Below, in pieces: positions 42,863 through 52,616 of a stretch of DNA of 64,000 bases. The notes beneath the pieces are model-generated. The model had not been told where the DNA came from, did no database searches, and saw only the letters and a list, made by a program, of their open reading frames with translations. Each line of letters begins with the position of its first letter. Positions within the stretch are counted from its first letter, which is position 1. A program made the position numbers and the translations under genes. Source of the stretch: Candidatus Latescibacterota bacterium (GTDB lineage: Bacteria > Latescibacterota > UBA2968); assembly GCA_965208125.1 (NCBI GenBank), contig OZ242320.1, positions 160,001 through 224,000 of the forward strand, in the 5' to 3' direction.

Positions 42863-42988
42863 TCAGAAATTGAGAACGCCATAAACCAGAGTAATCGCAA
42901 AAATCACGCCTATAATTCCCATGGCAACTTTGAATTGTAAGCTGATTCTATCCTCTTCCCGGTCGCGCAAGTCGTTGAAAGTCTGCAT
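42863..42988 (-). CDS. Small single-TM protein (41 aa)
   Basis: AAGGAGGAG RBS; MQTFNDLRDREEDRISLQFKVAMGIIGVIFAITLVYGVLNF; promoter TTGACT-16-TATTAT at 43032-43059. Confidence 0.75.
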   Translation of the reverse strand: MQTFNDLRDREEDRISLQFKVAMGIIGVIFAITLVYGVLNF

Positions 42989-43151
42989 GGCTCTCCTCCT
43001 TTAAGTATGCGGACGGATATGTTCTATATAAATAATACTAATTTTTTCTATTAAGTCAATAGACAAAATACGACTCTTGACAATTCTTACAGATAAATCT
43101 ATCGTTTGCAGTAGCTTTTGTATGAATATCATAACTCGGAGAGAAATACCA

Positions 43152-44120
43152 ATGAAGTGGGTGGTCGTGATAGTAGCACTCGTAATTGTGGGAGCGCTGG
43201 GCGTTGCCTACCATCTGAAGACCAATTTTCCCAAAGTAGATCCGCCTTATAATATTCGCGTATCGGGAACGCCCGAACAGATCGCACGAGGACGTTATTT
43301 AGCCAATCACGTCACGGTATGTCTCGAATGCCATTCAACGCGAGATTGGGCGCATTATTCTGCGCCACCGCTGCCGGGCACCGAGGGCAAAGGCGGCGAA
43401 GTATTTCCCGAAACAGCAGGATTTCCAGGCACCTTGATCGCACCCAATATCACACCGGCAGCTTTGGGAGATTGGACAGATGGCGAAATCATTCGAGCTT
43501 TTACCAGCGGCGTAAATAAAAACGGCGATCCGCTTTTTCCACTGATGCCCTATCGCGCATATCGAAATCTCATGCCAGCAGATATTGACGCCATTGTCGC
43601 TTATGTGCGTACCCTATCTCCCATTGACCATATCCCGCCGCGATCCAAATTGAATTTTCCCATGAACCTGATAGTACGCACAATGCCAGAACCCTATAAA
43701 CTCCCCAAATCGGTTGATCCCTCAGACCCCGTTGCTTATGGCGAGTATTTGGCGACCATTGCCGGATGTGCCACTTGCCATACGCCTCATGATCAAAAAC
43801 TGAGGGAGCCTGTTGAAGACATGCAATTCGCCGGAGGATTTCAATTCCAATTGCCCAGTGGCAAAACTGTACAATCGGCCAATATTACACCCGACATAGA
43901 AACGGGAATTGGACATTGGAAAAAAGAGTACTTCATCGGACGTTTCAGGCAATTTGCCGGGGAAAACGCAAAGCACATTCTATTGCAGGATGGCATGAAC
44001 AGCGTGATGCCCTGGACAATGTACGCGGGCATGACAGACGAAGACCTCGGCGTCATCTACGACTATCTGCAAACCGTCGCGCCAATCCGAAATGCCGTTG
44101 AACGGTTTGCAGAACAGTAG
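43152..44120 (+). CDS. Membrane-anchored di-heme cytochrome c
   Basis: CLECH and CATCH, each followed by (P/A)NITP and MP(Y/W). Confidence 0.9.
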   Translation: MKWVVVIVALVIVGALGVAYHLKTNFPKVDPPYNIRVSGTPEQIARGRYLANHVTVCLECHSTRDWAHYSAPPLPGTEGKGGEVFPETAGFPGTLIAPNITPAALGDWTDGEIIRAFTSGVNKNGDPLFPLMPYRAYRNLMPADIDAIVAYVRTLSPIDHIPPRSKLNFPMNLIVRTMPEPYKLPKSVDPSDPVAYGEYLATIAGCATCHTPHDQKLREPVEDMQFAGGFQFQLPSGKTVQSANITPDIETGIGHWKKEYFIGRFRQFAGENAKHILLQDGMNSVMPWTMYAGMTDEDLGVIYDYLQTVAPIRNAVERFAEQ

Positions 44121-44130
44121 AGAGGAAAAT

Positions 44131-44907
44131 ATGGAATCGGGTTCCGGAGCATTTAATTTTGGTCGCGTCAAGGTATGGTATCATTGCCCTCAAGACCGTC
44201 TTACCGACCTGCCGGTAGTATTTGTCCTGCACGGAGCCTCGCGCAATGCCAGCACCTATCGCGACACCTGGGCCAGCCATGCCGATACGCACAGATTTTT
44301 GTTATTGGCCCCGGAATTTTCACAGGAGAATTACCCCGATGAAAGGACATTTAACCTCGGCAATGTATTTGCCGAAGATGGAAGGCGAAATACCATAGCC
44401 GATTGGTCCTTTCAAGTCATTGAAGGCATTTTTGACCACGTCAAAAAACGAGTGGGACTCCGAGCATCGTCCTACGGATTTTATGGGCATTCGGCGGGCA
44501 GCCAATTTGTACACCGATTTTTGTACTTCATGCCTCAGTCACATGCATATATCTTTGTAGCGGCCAACGCCGGATGGTACACTATGCCCACATTCAAACA
44601 GACCTATCCCTATGGACTGGCCGGATCGGGTCTGACTGTCGCGAATTTGAAACGGTCGCTAAACCAGCAGGTTGTAGTACTCCTGGGTACTGATGATATA
44701 GATGTGAACCATCCCAAATTGAGACGCACGCCGCAGGCGATGATGCAGGGCGCGCACCGCTTTGAGCGCGGCCACACATTTTTTGAAACGGCAAAACGCG
44801 AAGCCGAAGCGCTCAACGTGCCATTTAACTGGCAGTTGGACACAGTACCCAACGTGGGACACAACAATGCGGGAATGGCAAAAGTGGGCATTGCGTATTT
44901 GGTGTGA
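44131..44907 (+). CDS. Alpha/beta hydrolase
   Basis: VLHGASRN, GHSAGSQFVHR, ANAGWY, VGH. Confidence 0.82.
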   Translation: MESGSGAFNFGRVKVWYHCPQDRLTDLPVVFVLHGASRNASTYRDTWASHADTHRFLLLAPEFSQENYPDERTFNLGNVFAEDGRRNTIADWSFQVIEGIFDHVKKRVGLRASSYGFYGHSAGSQFVHRFLYFMPQSHAYIFVAANAGWYTMPTFKQTYPYGLAGSGLTVANLKRSLNQQVVVLLGTDDIDVNHPKLRRTPQAMMQGAHRFERGHTFFETAKREAEALNVPFNWQLDTVPNVGHNNAGMAKVGIAYLV

Positions 44908-44909
44908 GC

Positions 44910-44972
44910 GTAGGGACAACCCCCTGTGGTTGTCCTTGTTCTAACGGGCGGGCACAGGGGCGCCGCCCCTAC
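44910..44972. repeat. REP/REPIN-like inverted palindrome pair
   Basis: GTAGGGACAACC-CCTGT-GGTTGTCC ... GGGCGGGCAC...CGCCCCTAC. Confidence 0.65.
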
Positions 44973-45014
44973 CTTCTTACGTCTCACCTCTTACTGCTTG
45001 TTTTGCTAACCATA

Positions 45015-45355
45015 AATAAAGAATGGCCGCGATCATTCATCGCGGCCATTTATGTACTACAAGGCATGGAACCTCCTATGTCAGCCGATCGGATGAGAGG
45101 TCCTTCCACCCGACCGCTGGATACAGATTGGTGGCATAGTAACCTCCTCTTGTGAGTGTTGCGGCCCGTCACGCCCACTCGCGGTCCGATGAACTCTCTA
45201 TGCCCTGTGTGTTTGCGCGAAGGTCTAAGGAACGGTATCCAAGTCGGGTTACCGAATGGGGCAACGAGTCCGACGAAAAAAAGACCAGATATAAAACACA
45301 CGGGCGAGAACCCTTTCGAGCGGAATGCCGCCTGACGATTCATATCGCCTGTTAT
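45015..45355 (-). ncRNA. Candidate structured non-coding (or micro-ORF) RNA of unknown family
   Basis: TTGACA-18-TATATT promoter (45361-45390), nested long helices, terminator, no convincing protein ORF. Confidence 0.55.
45022..45050. terminator. Perfect 12-bp hairpin terminator
   Basis: AATGGCCGCGAT-CATTC-ATCGCGGCCATT. Confidence 0.8.
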
Positions 45356-45498
45356 TTTGGAATATAACCCGATAAATTGTGGGATGTCAAGACCTAATTT
45401 GAAATTTTTTTATAGGTATCTTTAGATAAAATTATATACTATATATCAGTGCCCAATCCACACTAATCATTTCCGCTATAGAACAGGAGAACGCAGAT

Positions 45499-47094
45499 AT
45501 GGGATATGGCAAACGAGAAGATCCGAAACTGTTTAAGGACGAGCAAATTCGTCAATATATCGCAGACGGATACGTGGTTTTTAAGCCAGATGTGCCCGAT
45601 GACCTGCACGAGACAGTTCGGCAAAAACTGCAATTTATGGTCGATGAAGAATTCAATTACGGCAACAACGTACTGCCTCGCGTCCCCGAGATGGATCGCA
45701 TCTTAAACAGCCCAGAAGTGCGGGGTGCGCTCATCAGCGTACTAGGCCCGGGCTACATCGAACACCCGCATCGGTTTTGTCACTACATCTCGCCCAACGC
45801 AACACACAGAACACTCGCTCAAAATTGTCATCAAGATTCTTACACCCCTCTGGGACGCCCGCGCCAGCACTACCCGCGCTTTGCGCGCATCATGTACTAT
45901 CCACAGGATTCACCCGTTGAAATCGGTCCCACACACGCGATTCCCGGCACGCAGTATCACAGGCGATTGACAGATGGAGACCGCCAGAACGCCATACCAA
46001 TAGCCGGTAAAGCTGGCACAGTATCAATCACGCACTTTGATATAGGACACGCCGCAGGCATCAACACACTTCGCCAGCCCCGGCATATGATCAAATTCAT
46101 TTACGTACGCGCGGAAGAACCGATCACCCCCTCGTGGGATTGTCGGGATCACATCTGGCGAAATCCCGAAACATATAAAACACCGCATGATCTGCACCTA
46201 ATCTGGTCGCATATATGGGATTGGCTCTGTGGCAAAAAGGATCGATACGAAAGTTTTCACGCATCAGACCCCGCAACTTATGGATTGGAAGACCTGCATC
46301 ACGACAACCTGGACAAACAACTCGCTGCCATGCACTCAATAGCCGCAACAAAAAATGTCGATGCAATTCCAGCGCTGATTCGCAAACTCAATACCGACGA
46401 CCAGTGGACGCGCCTCGCGGCTGTATATACTCTCGGCGCAATAGGTCAACCCGCAGTACAGCCTCTGATAGAAGCACTCTTAGACGCCGCTATGCATCAA
46501 GACGAGGACCCCGTACCCACATCGTGGAATGAAGGCGCCATATCGATGGAAGATGCTGCCCATGCGCTTGTTGCCATAGGCACACCTTCACTGGATCCTC
46601 TAATTGGACTACTGGACAACCCGAGCGAATGGGCACGCATCAACGCGGCCTTCGCGCTCGGCGAAATGGATTCTCTGGCGACACAAGCCGTACCTGCACT
46701 CACGCGCTGTCTTGACGATGCCTCTCACTGCGTTGTGCGCACAGCCACAGATGCACTGGGCAGCATTCGGCAAAACAGCGAAGAATTTATACCCGTAATC
46801 GAGCGGCTACTCAAAGTAGGACGTCCCGAATGGCAAATACCCGACCGACGCGACTGGACGCCCTATGATCAGGTCCGCGTCAACGCCGCAATGGTATTTA
46901 CACGCCTGGGCAAAGACGTCGCAAGTGCCGAAGCTCTCCTACTCGACACATTATCCGACCCCAACGGTCATGTCGCAGCATTTGCTCTGGAAGCATTGCG
47001 ACGGATAGGCACGCCCTCGGCAATAGATGGCGTCATGGAATATCTGATGACGCGGCGGTGGGATGAAAGCATAGAGAAAGGAAGACTGTTTTGA
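45499..47094 (+). CDS. PhyH-like dioxygenase fused to HEAT repeats
   Basis: CHQD, GPTHAIPGT, DIGH...R; C-terminal RINAAFALGEM / RTATDALGSI repeats. Confidence 0.85.
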   Translation: MGYGKREDPKLFKDEQIRQYIADGYVVFKPDVPDDLHETVRQKLQFMVDEEFNYGNNVLPRVPEMDRILNSPEVRGALISVLGPGYIEHPHRFCHYISPNATHRTLAQNCHQDSYTPLGRPRQHYPRFARIMYYPQDSPVEIGPTHAIPGTQYHRRLTDGDRQNAIPIAGKAGTVSITHFDIGHAAGINTLRQPRHMIKFIYVRAEEPITPSWDCRDHIWRNPETYKTPHDLHLIWSHIWDWLCGKKDRYESFHASDPATYGLEDLHHDNLDKQLAAMHSIAATKNVDAIPALIRKLNTDDQWTRLAAVYTLGAIGQPAVQPLIEALLDAAMHQDEDPVPTSWNEGAISMEDAAHALVAIGTPSLDPLIGLLDNPSEWARINAAFALGEMDSLATQAVPALTRCLDDASHCVVRTATDALGSIRQNSEEFIPVIERLLKVGRPEWQIPDRRDWTPYDQVRVNAAMVFTRLGKDVASAEALLLDTLSDPNGHVAAFALEALRRIGTPSAIDGVMEYLMTRRWDESIEKGRLF

Positions 47095-48341
47095 ATACAC
47101 GACACCTGATTTCAACGCAGGGATCAGACCGCGGAACCGGATATAACATGAGCGGGAAACTGATTCGGCGCGATGGCAAATTATTCATCGGATGGTTGGA
47201 TGCCCCGCCAGAAGAAGGCACACAGGCGAGGATCATGATAGGCGTTTGTGACGAAATATCTGGAGAGATGCACCGGGCATTTCAAATTGGCGAAGGCATT
47301 GACAACCACTGTGGACCCGCCCTGGTACTGGACGGCAACGGGCGATTGCACGCCCTCGTCGGAGCGCATCACGGACCGTTTTTTTATCGATGGTCAGACA
47401 ATCCGGAAGACCCGAATACCTGGAGTGAGCCAGAGGCATTGGGCGCATTGAGCACATATCCCAGTTTCGCAGTGGATCAGGAGGGAACACTGCACCTGGC
47501 GCATCGCGAGAGCGGGAACAGATGGGCCATGTGGTACCGGCGAAAAAAAGCCAATCAGAGTTGGGAACCACCGCGTGTAATAGCCGTCAGCCCGGTCGCG
47601 GGATACAATCATTTTATGCAATCCTTAACCACAGGACCAGACGGAACCCCGCATCTAATATTCCAATTTCACTTTGCGGAATCTGGTAGTGCAGCAGATT
47701 GTCGGGGACGTGCAGCAGTACATGTGTATTCAGAAGACGGCGGCGATACGTGGTACAACGAAGGCGTGCGCTTTGACGACCCATTGACAATGGAAACAAT
47801 GCGAGCCATTTGTCACGACCCGCAGGGCGGAGATGGTCAGCACAGCGTGCGCGTGGGCAATCACGTCGTAGATGCAAACAATCAACCGTGGTTCTTCTGC
47901 TCATATCCCGGGTATCAAAGCGGCGTATTGTGGCATCGCAGCGATGGGGGATGGGAACCTGTGGATTTATCCCCAGTCCTCAATGGCTTAAACATGGAAG
48001 GTGGACGCGCGACATCGCTATCCCGAGATCACAAAGGCAGATTGCACTTTGCATTTGCAACACATCCACACAAAAAGCGATGTGAATGGTTCAGCCCCGA
48101 ACTGGAATTATTTTATGCAATACTCGACGAAAAAGGCGAGTTGGTCTCCTTAGACCAACTAACGGAAACCGACAACGCGGCAGCGAACTGGTTACCCGCA
48201 CTGGAGCAATGGGACTGGATGCGCCCCCATCAAAAGTTCAATAATGGTCACTGGATGATGTACACACGTGGCTTGAATGCTGGCGGCATTGGCGGCGACA
48301 ACAAAAGCGCATTGAAGACAGAAATTTATTTAACCCGATGA
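47091..48341 (+). CDS. BNR-repeat beta-propeller protein
   Basis: DNHCGPAL, TYP, SEDGGDTW Asp-box. Confidence 0.75.
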   Translation: MNTRHLISTQGSDRGTGYNMSGKLIRRDGKLFIGWLDAPPEEGTQARIMIGVCDEISGEMHRAFQIGEGIDNHCGPALVLDGNGRLHALVGAHHGPFFYRWSDNPEDPNTWSEPEALGALSTYPSFAVDQEGTLHLAHRESGNRWAMWYRRKKANQSWEPPRVIAVSPVAGYNHFMQSLTTGPDGTPHLIFQFHFAESGSAADCRGRAAVHVYSEDGGDTWYNEGVRFDDPLTMETMRAICHDPQGGDGQHSVRVGNHVVDANNQPWFFCSYPGYQSGVLWHRSDGGWEPVDLSPVLNGLNMEGGRATSLSRDHKGRLHFAFATHPHKKRCEWFSPELELFYAILDEKGELVSLDQLTETDNAAANWLPALEQWDWMRPHQKFNNGHWMMYTRGLNAGGIGGDNKSALKTEIYLTR

Positions 48342-48385
48342 ATTTAGCGAATCCTCCCTGCTGAACCTCCAATAACAAAAAAAAG

Positions 48386-48445
48386 TTGACATCTGAGATC
48401 ATTTACTCTATTTTCTTTAGTAACTCTAAAAAACAGAGAACTCTA
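48386..48445 (+). promoter_or_regulatory. Promoter with repeated putative operator
   Basis: TTGACA-17-TATTTT; ACTCTA at 48405, 48423, 48440. Confidence 0.6.
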
Positions 48446-48468
48446 AAATCCATTAAAGGAGGAATCAA

Positions 48469-49038
48469 ATGCAATCCACGCAAAAATTTGAAGAGGACGT
48501 AGCCTTTGTCCGCGAGGCTGTTGAAAAGCGCGATCGGAGGCAATACAACTCCATTGCCATAGTCGTGCTCTGGGCCATCATCCTTACCGCCGGTTATATA
48601 GTCAACGATTTTCGTCCCGAAGTGAGCCACCTCTATTGGCCCATCGCGACCTCCGTCGGATTCCTGATCAGCATCTGGGTCGGCGTGCGGGCAAAGCGGG
48701 TGGAAGGCGTCGCAAAACGCAGCGAAGGGGCTAAGCACACCCTGCATTGGGGCAGTTTGTTTTTTACGATTGCCGCTATTGTGTTCATTGCACTGCGACA
48801 CGGCCTGGATGGCTGGGTGATGGGCCAGTTCATCACTCTAATCTCTGGTGTCACCTGGTACCTGGGCGGTCTGCACCTGGACCGTCGCTTTCTTTTGCCC
48901 GGCATCGTATGCATCGTGAGTGCCCCTGCTGTTGACTATCTCGCTCCCTACCCCTGGACCATGGCCGGCCTGGCCATCGCCGCCAGCCTGATCATCAGTG
49001 CCTTATGGATGAAACCTCATGAAAAAAGCACCGTCTAA
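48469..49038 (+). CDS. Six-TM membrane protein
   Basis: AAGGAGG RBS; hydrophobic segments; precedes HTH gene. Confidence 0.8.
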   Translation: MQSTQKFEEDVAFVREAVEKRDRRQYNSIAIVVLWAIILTAGYIVNDFRPEVSHLYWPIATSVGFLISIWVGVRAKRVEGVAKRSEGAKHTLHWGSLFFTIAAIVFIALRHGLDGWVMGQFITLISGVTWYLGGLHLDRRFLLPGIVCIVSAPAVDYLAPYPWTMAGLAIAASLIISALWMKPHEKSTV

Positions 49039-49345
49039 CACCTCCGATAGTCTTGCCCAACTGGACAAACTGCTGGAACACCGGTCTCGGCTCGGCGCCT
49101 GCGTGCTCCTCGCCGACACCGACGCCATGACCTTTACCAGTTTGAAACAACTGCTAAAAGAAACCGACGGCAACATGGGCGCGCACCTGCGAAAACTGGA
49201 AGACATGGGCTATGTCGATATTGACAAGCTATTCGAAAACCGAAAACCCGTCACCTGGTACAGCCTTACGGAAAAAGGCCGCAGGTCTTTAACCACACAC
49301 TTAAAAGCCCTGCAAACCGTAATCCGCAGTGCCGGCATCGACTGA
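49019..49345 (+). CDS. Winged-helix transcriptional regulator (ArsR/MarR-like)
   Basis: RLG...FTSLKQLLKETDGNMGAHLRKLEDMGY...KPVTWYSLTEKGR. Confidence 0.9.
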   Translation: MKKAPSNTSDSLAQLDKLLEHRSRLGACVLLADTDAMTFTSLKQLLKETDGNMGAHLRKLEDMGYVDIDKLFENRKPVTWYSLTEKGRRSLTTHLKALQTVIRSAGID

Positions 49346-49358
49346 TAGGCGTACAAAC

Positions 49359-51593
49359 ATGAAACATCTCCCCACATCCACAACGCAATGGGCAATGGTC
49401 CTCCTCCTTCTGTCTTTCGCTATGCCCGCCCTTGCACAGAATCACGCCTTTATTCAGGGCCAGGTACTCGACGAAACAGATCGCCCAGTAGCCTATGTCA
49501 ACGTACAAATCACTGGCACGCTCGACGGCGCAATCACCGATCGCGACGGCCGCTTTGCCTTCTCCACACAGCACATGGGCAAATACAAATTGCACGCATC
49601 CTTCATCGGCTATGAACCCGCTCAACAAACCCTGCATCTAACGCCAGGCGATACCACAACAGTTCGCCTCATCCTGCGCCTCGCCCTCATCGAACTCGAC
49701 GAGACCACTGTCACGGCAAGCACCTATACCACTGGGGAAGACGAAACCGTAACCCTCTCCCCCCTGGACGTCGTGACAACACCCGGCGCTTCTGCCGATA
49801 TATTCCGCGCATTCAAAACCTTCCCCGGTGTCGCAACCGTCGATGACGGCGCTGGCCTCTTTGTGCGCGGAGGCGACGTGAGCGAAACCGTCATATTGCT
49901 CGGACAAGCCACAGTGGTGCATCCCTACAAATACGAATCGCCCACAGGCGGTGTCTTCGGCACCATCTCTCCCTTTATGGTACAGGGCACGGTCTTCTCC
50001 ACTGGCGGATTTCCCGCGCGCTATGGCAACGCGCTTTCCGCCGTCCTGTCCATGGAAACCCAGAACATGCCCGCGCAAAAAAGCTACACGCTCAATCTGG
50101 GCCTCGCCGCTGGCTCTCTCGGCCTCGACCTGCCCCTTGTGTCCGACAAATTGGGCGTACGCTTCACCGGCAACCTCAGCTTTACTGATCTTCTGTTTCG
50201 CGTCAACCGCCACAGCAGCGCATTCACCACCACACCGCGCGGGCACGATGGCAACCTCAATCTGATCTACCAGTACTCGCCGACCGGCCGCCTCAAATTC
50301 TTCAGCTTCAACGCGAGCGACCGCCTGGGCGTACGCGTCATAGAACCATCCTTTGACGGCATTTACAAAGGCAGTTCCAACAGCGCGTTGCACAACCTCG
50401 AGTGGACAGACGTATTTGCCCATTGGATCATGGAAACCAGCGCCTCGCTCAACCACCACACGGCGCGAAAACAACTGGGCAACCTTGATTTCTCACCCCG
50501 CGACCTGACCCTCAAACTTCGCACAGATATAGAACGCGCCCTCACCTCATCTGCCTTCTTGCGCCTCGGCGGTGAAATCGAACACACGAACAACCGACTC
50601 AAAGGTAGCATACCCCAGGGCGATATATTCGATCCCCAGGCAGAGATCTTTGAACTCGATACATCCTACGGTGCCAGACGTGTGGGTACCTACTTTGAAA
50701 TCGACATTGAACCTGCCCGCCGCATCGCGGTCAATCTCGGTACGCGTGCCGATCACCACAACCTGGGCGACCAGTTTTCCATAGACCCGCGCGTATCTGC
50801 GCGCTACCAGATCACCAAACACACAGACGCACGTCTCGCCTGGGGTATCTATCACCAATTCCCCGACCCATCCAAATACAACGCCACCAGCGGCAATCCC
50901 AATATAGGACCTCAACGCGCACAACACAGGATCATCGGCCTGCACCACGAACGCGACCAATTCATGGTGCGGCTGGAGGCATACCACAAACCCTATTACA
51001 ACCTCGTACTGGATCATCCCGACCTGAACCTCTCCAATGACGGCAAAGGCCGAGCCTCTGGCTTAGACCTCTTCCTCAAACGCGGCGATTTTCTCAGCAC
51101 GCGCTTCAGCGGATGGATGGCCTACAGCCTCCTGAAATCGCGCCGCTTGCAGGTGCGCCACATCGGATCAGAGATGCACTACGAAGAAGCCCCATCGCCT
51201 TATGACATCACGCACAACCTGACACTCGTCACAAAAATGCGGCTCATAGACGACCTCAGCGGCGGCCTGACCGTAAAGTATGCCACGGGTCGTCCCATCA
51301 CCCCAATCGTGGGCGCAATTCCCGTAGCAGATCAGAACTACTACCTGCCTATCGAAGGGCGCGTCGGCTCAGAACGGCTGCCTTCCTTTCGCCGGGTGGA
51401 TGGACAACTGAGCTATTTACTGCCCTTTGGCGCAAATCACCAGATCATCTTCTATTTGGCGATCAACAATTTGTTCAACCGCGCCAATGTGCTCGACTAC
51501 GACTACTCTATAGACTACAGCCAACGCCAGCCCCGCACCACCACCTTTCGCCGATCCATTTATTTCGGAGCCACCGTTACCTTAAACCCATAG
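49359..51593 (+). CDS. TonB-dependent receptor with N-terminal carboxypeptidase-regulatory-like domain
   Basis: IQGQVLD...GAITDRDGRF; plug PGV...LFVRGG, GGFPARYGNALS; NNLFNRAN near C-terminus. Confidence 0.92.
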   Translation: MKHLPTSTTQWAMVLLLLSFAMPALAQNHAFIQGQVLDETDRPVAYVNVQITGTLDGAITDRDGRFAFSTQHMGKYKLHASFIGYEPAQQTLHLTPGDTTTVRLILRLALIELDETTVTASTYTTGEDETVTLSPLDVVTTPGASADIFRAFKTFPGVATVDDGAGLFVRGGDVSETVILLGQATVVHPYKYESPTGGVFGTISPFMVQGTVFSTGGFPARYGNALSAVLSMETQNMPAQKSYTLNLGLAAGSLGLDLPLVSDKLGVRFTGNLSFTDLLFRVNRHSSAFTTTPRGHDGNLNLIYQYSPTGRLKFFSFNASDRLGVRVIEPSFDGIYKGSSNSALHNLEWTDVFAHWIMETSASLNHHTARKQLGNLDFSPRDLTLKLRTDIERALTSSAFLRLGGEIEHTNNRLKGSIPQGDIFDPQAEIFELDTSYGARRVGTYFEIDIEPARRIAVNLGTRADHHNLGDQFSIDPRVSARYQITKHTDARLAWGIYHQFPDPSKYNATSGNPNIGPQRAQHRIIGLHHERDQFMVRLEAYHKPYYNLVLDHPDLNLSNDGKGRASGLDLFLKRGDFLSTRFSGWMAYSLLKSRRLQVRHIGSEMHYEEAPSPYDITHNLTLVTKMRLIDDLSGGLTVKYATGRPITPIVGAIPVADQNYYLPIEGRVGSERLPSFRRVDGQLSYLLPFGANHQIIFYLAINNLFNRANVLDYDYSIDYSQRQPRTTTFRRSIYFGATVTLNP

Positions 51594-51609
51594 ACTCAGG
51601 AGAACAGCC

Positions 51610-52464
51610 ATGCAATACATTTTACTCGCATTCATCGCCTCCCTCATCATCTTCACCAAACTCGGATGTGCGGTTGCGCGGCAATCAACCTATGAGCAAA
51701 ATTCCGGTCCGCCGACTGTCAAATCTGACGAACCCGCACAACCCGCCGCCGCTCTCCTCACCAGCGGCAAAAATATCCTTCAACAGGGTATAAACGAGAA
51801 CAATCTCGACGCAATGTACGCCGCCCGGGCGACATTCGAACGCGCTCTGGCTGATAAAAATCTATCGGCATGGAGCCATTACTACATCGCCCTCACCGAC
51901 TACCGCATCGCCAACTATCTCTTAGCCCAGGGCAAAAAGAACAAAGACCGGGCCTCTAAGCACCTCAAAGAAGCGGCAGAGCATCTGGAAGAAGCCACGC
52001 GGGAAGACATCACTCGTGAAGATGCCAAAACGATTGCTGCCGAAGTCTATGCACTGCTCTCAAGCGTGTACGGGCGACAAATCAGCCTGAGTGGAATCAA
52101 AGGCATGTTCCTGGGACCTAAATCAGGCAATCTCCTAAAAAAAGCCGAGCAACTCGCACCCGACAATCCGCGTGTGGTCCTGAGCGCGGCCATCAGTGCT
52201 TTTAATACGCCCAAAATGTGGGGCGGGAGCAAAGAACGGGCACTGGAAGGATTCCAACGCGCCGCATATCTCTTTTCTCGAGAAAAACCGATCAATCCCA
52301 TCCATCCCGTCTGGGGACATAGCGAAACTTATGCCTGGCTGGGTATCGCGTATATGGACCGCGATGAGAAGGATTCAGCGCGAGAGGCATTTGAAAAAGC
52401 GCTCGAAATTGATCCAGATAATGGCTGGGTCAAATACGATCTGTTGCCGAAGGTGACAGAATAG
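51610..52464 (+). CDS. Exported TPR protein
   Basis: LAPDNPR, WGHSETYAWLG, FEKALEIDPDN. Confidence 0.8.
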   Translation: MQYILLAFIASLIIFTKLGCAVARQSTYEQNSGPPTVKSDEPAQPAAALLTSGKNILQQGINENNLDAMYAARATFERALADKNLSAWSHYYIALTDYRIANYLLAQGKKNKDRASKHLKEAAEHLEEATREDITREDAKTIAAEVYALLSSVYGRQISLSGIKGMFLGPKSGNLLKKAEQLAPDNPRVVLSAAISAFNTPKMWGGSKERALEGFQRAAYLFSREKPINPIHPVWGHSETYAWLGIAYMDRDEKDSAREAFEKALEIDPDNGWVKYDLLPKVTE

Positions 52465-52616
52465 CATAAGCAGCGCATTGATAAAAAACGACCGCGACCC
52501 GAAGTATCTCGCGGTCTTTCTTTTTTATAAATCGGTTGACAGCATCTTCAATCGCCTATTACATTTGATCTCTCCCAAACAAAAATAGCAAAAACTCAAC
52601 TCACAAAGGAACGCAC

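Noticed and set aside
45050-45343. 97-aa ORF across the structured region
   Set aside because: No SD at its start, no recognisable domain, and strong nested base-pairing suggests RNA-level function
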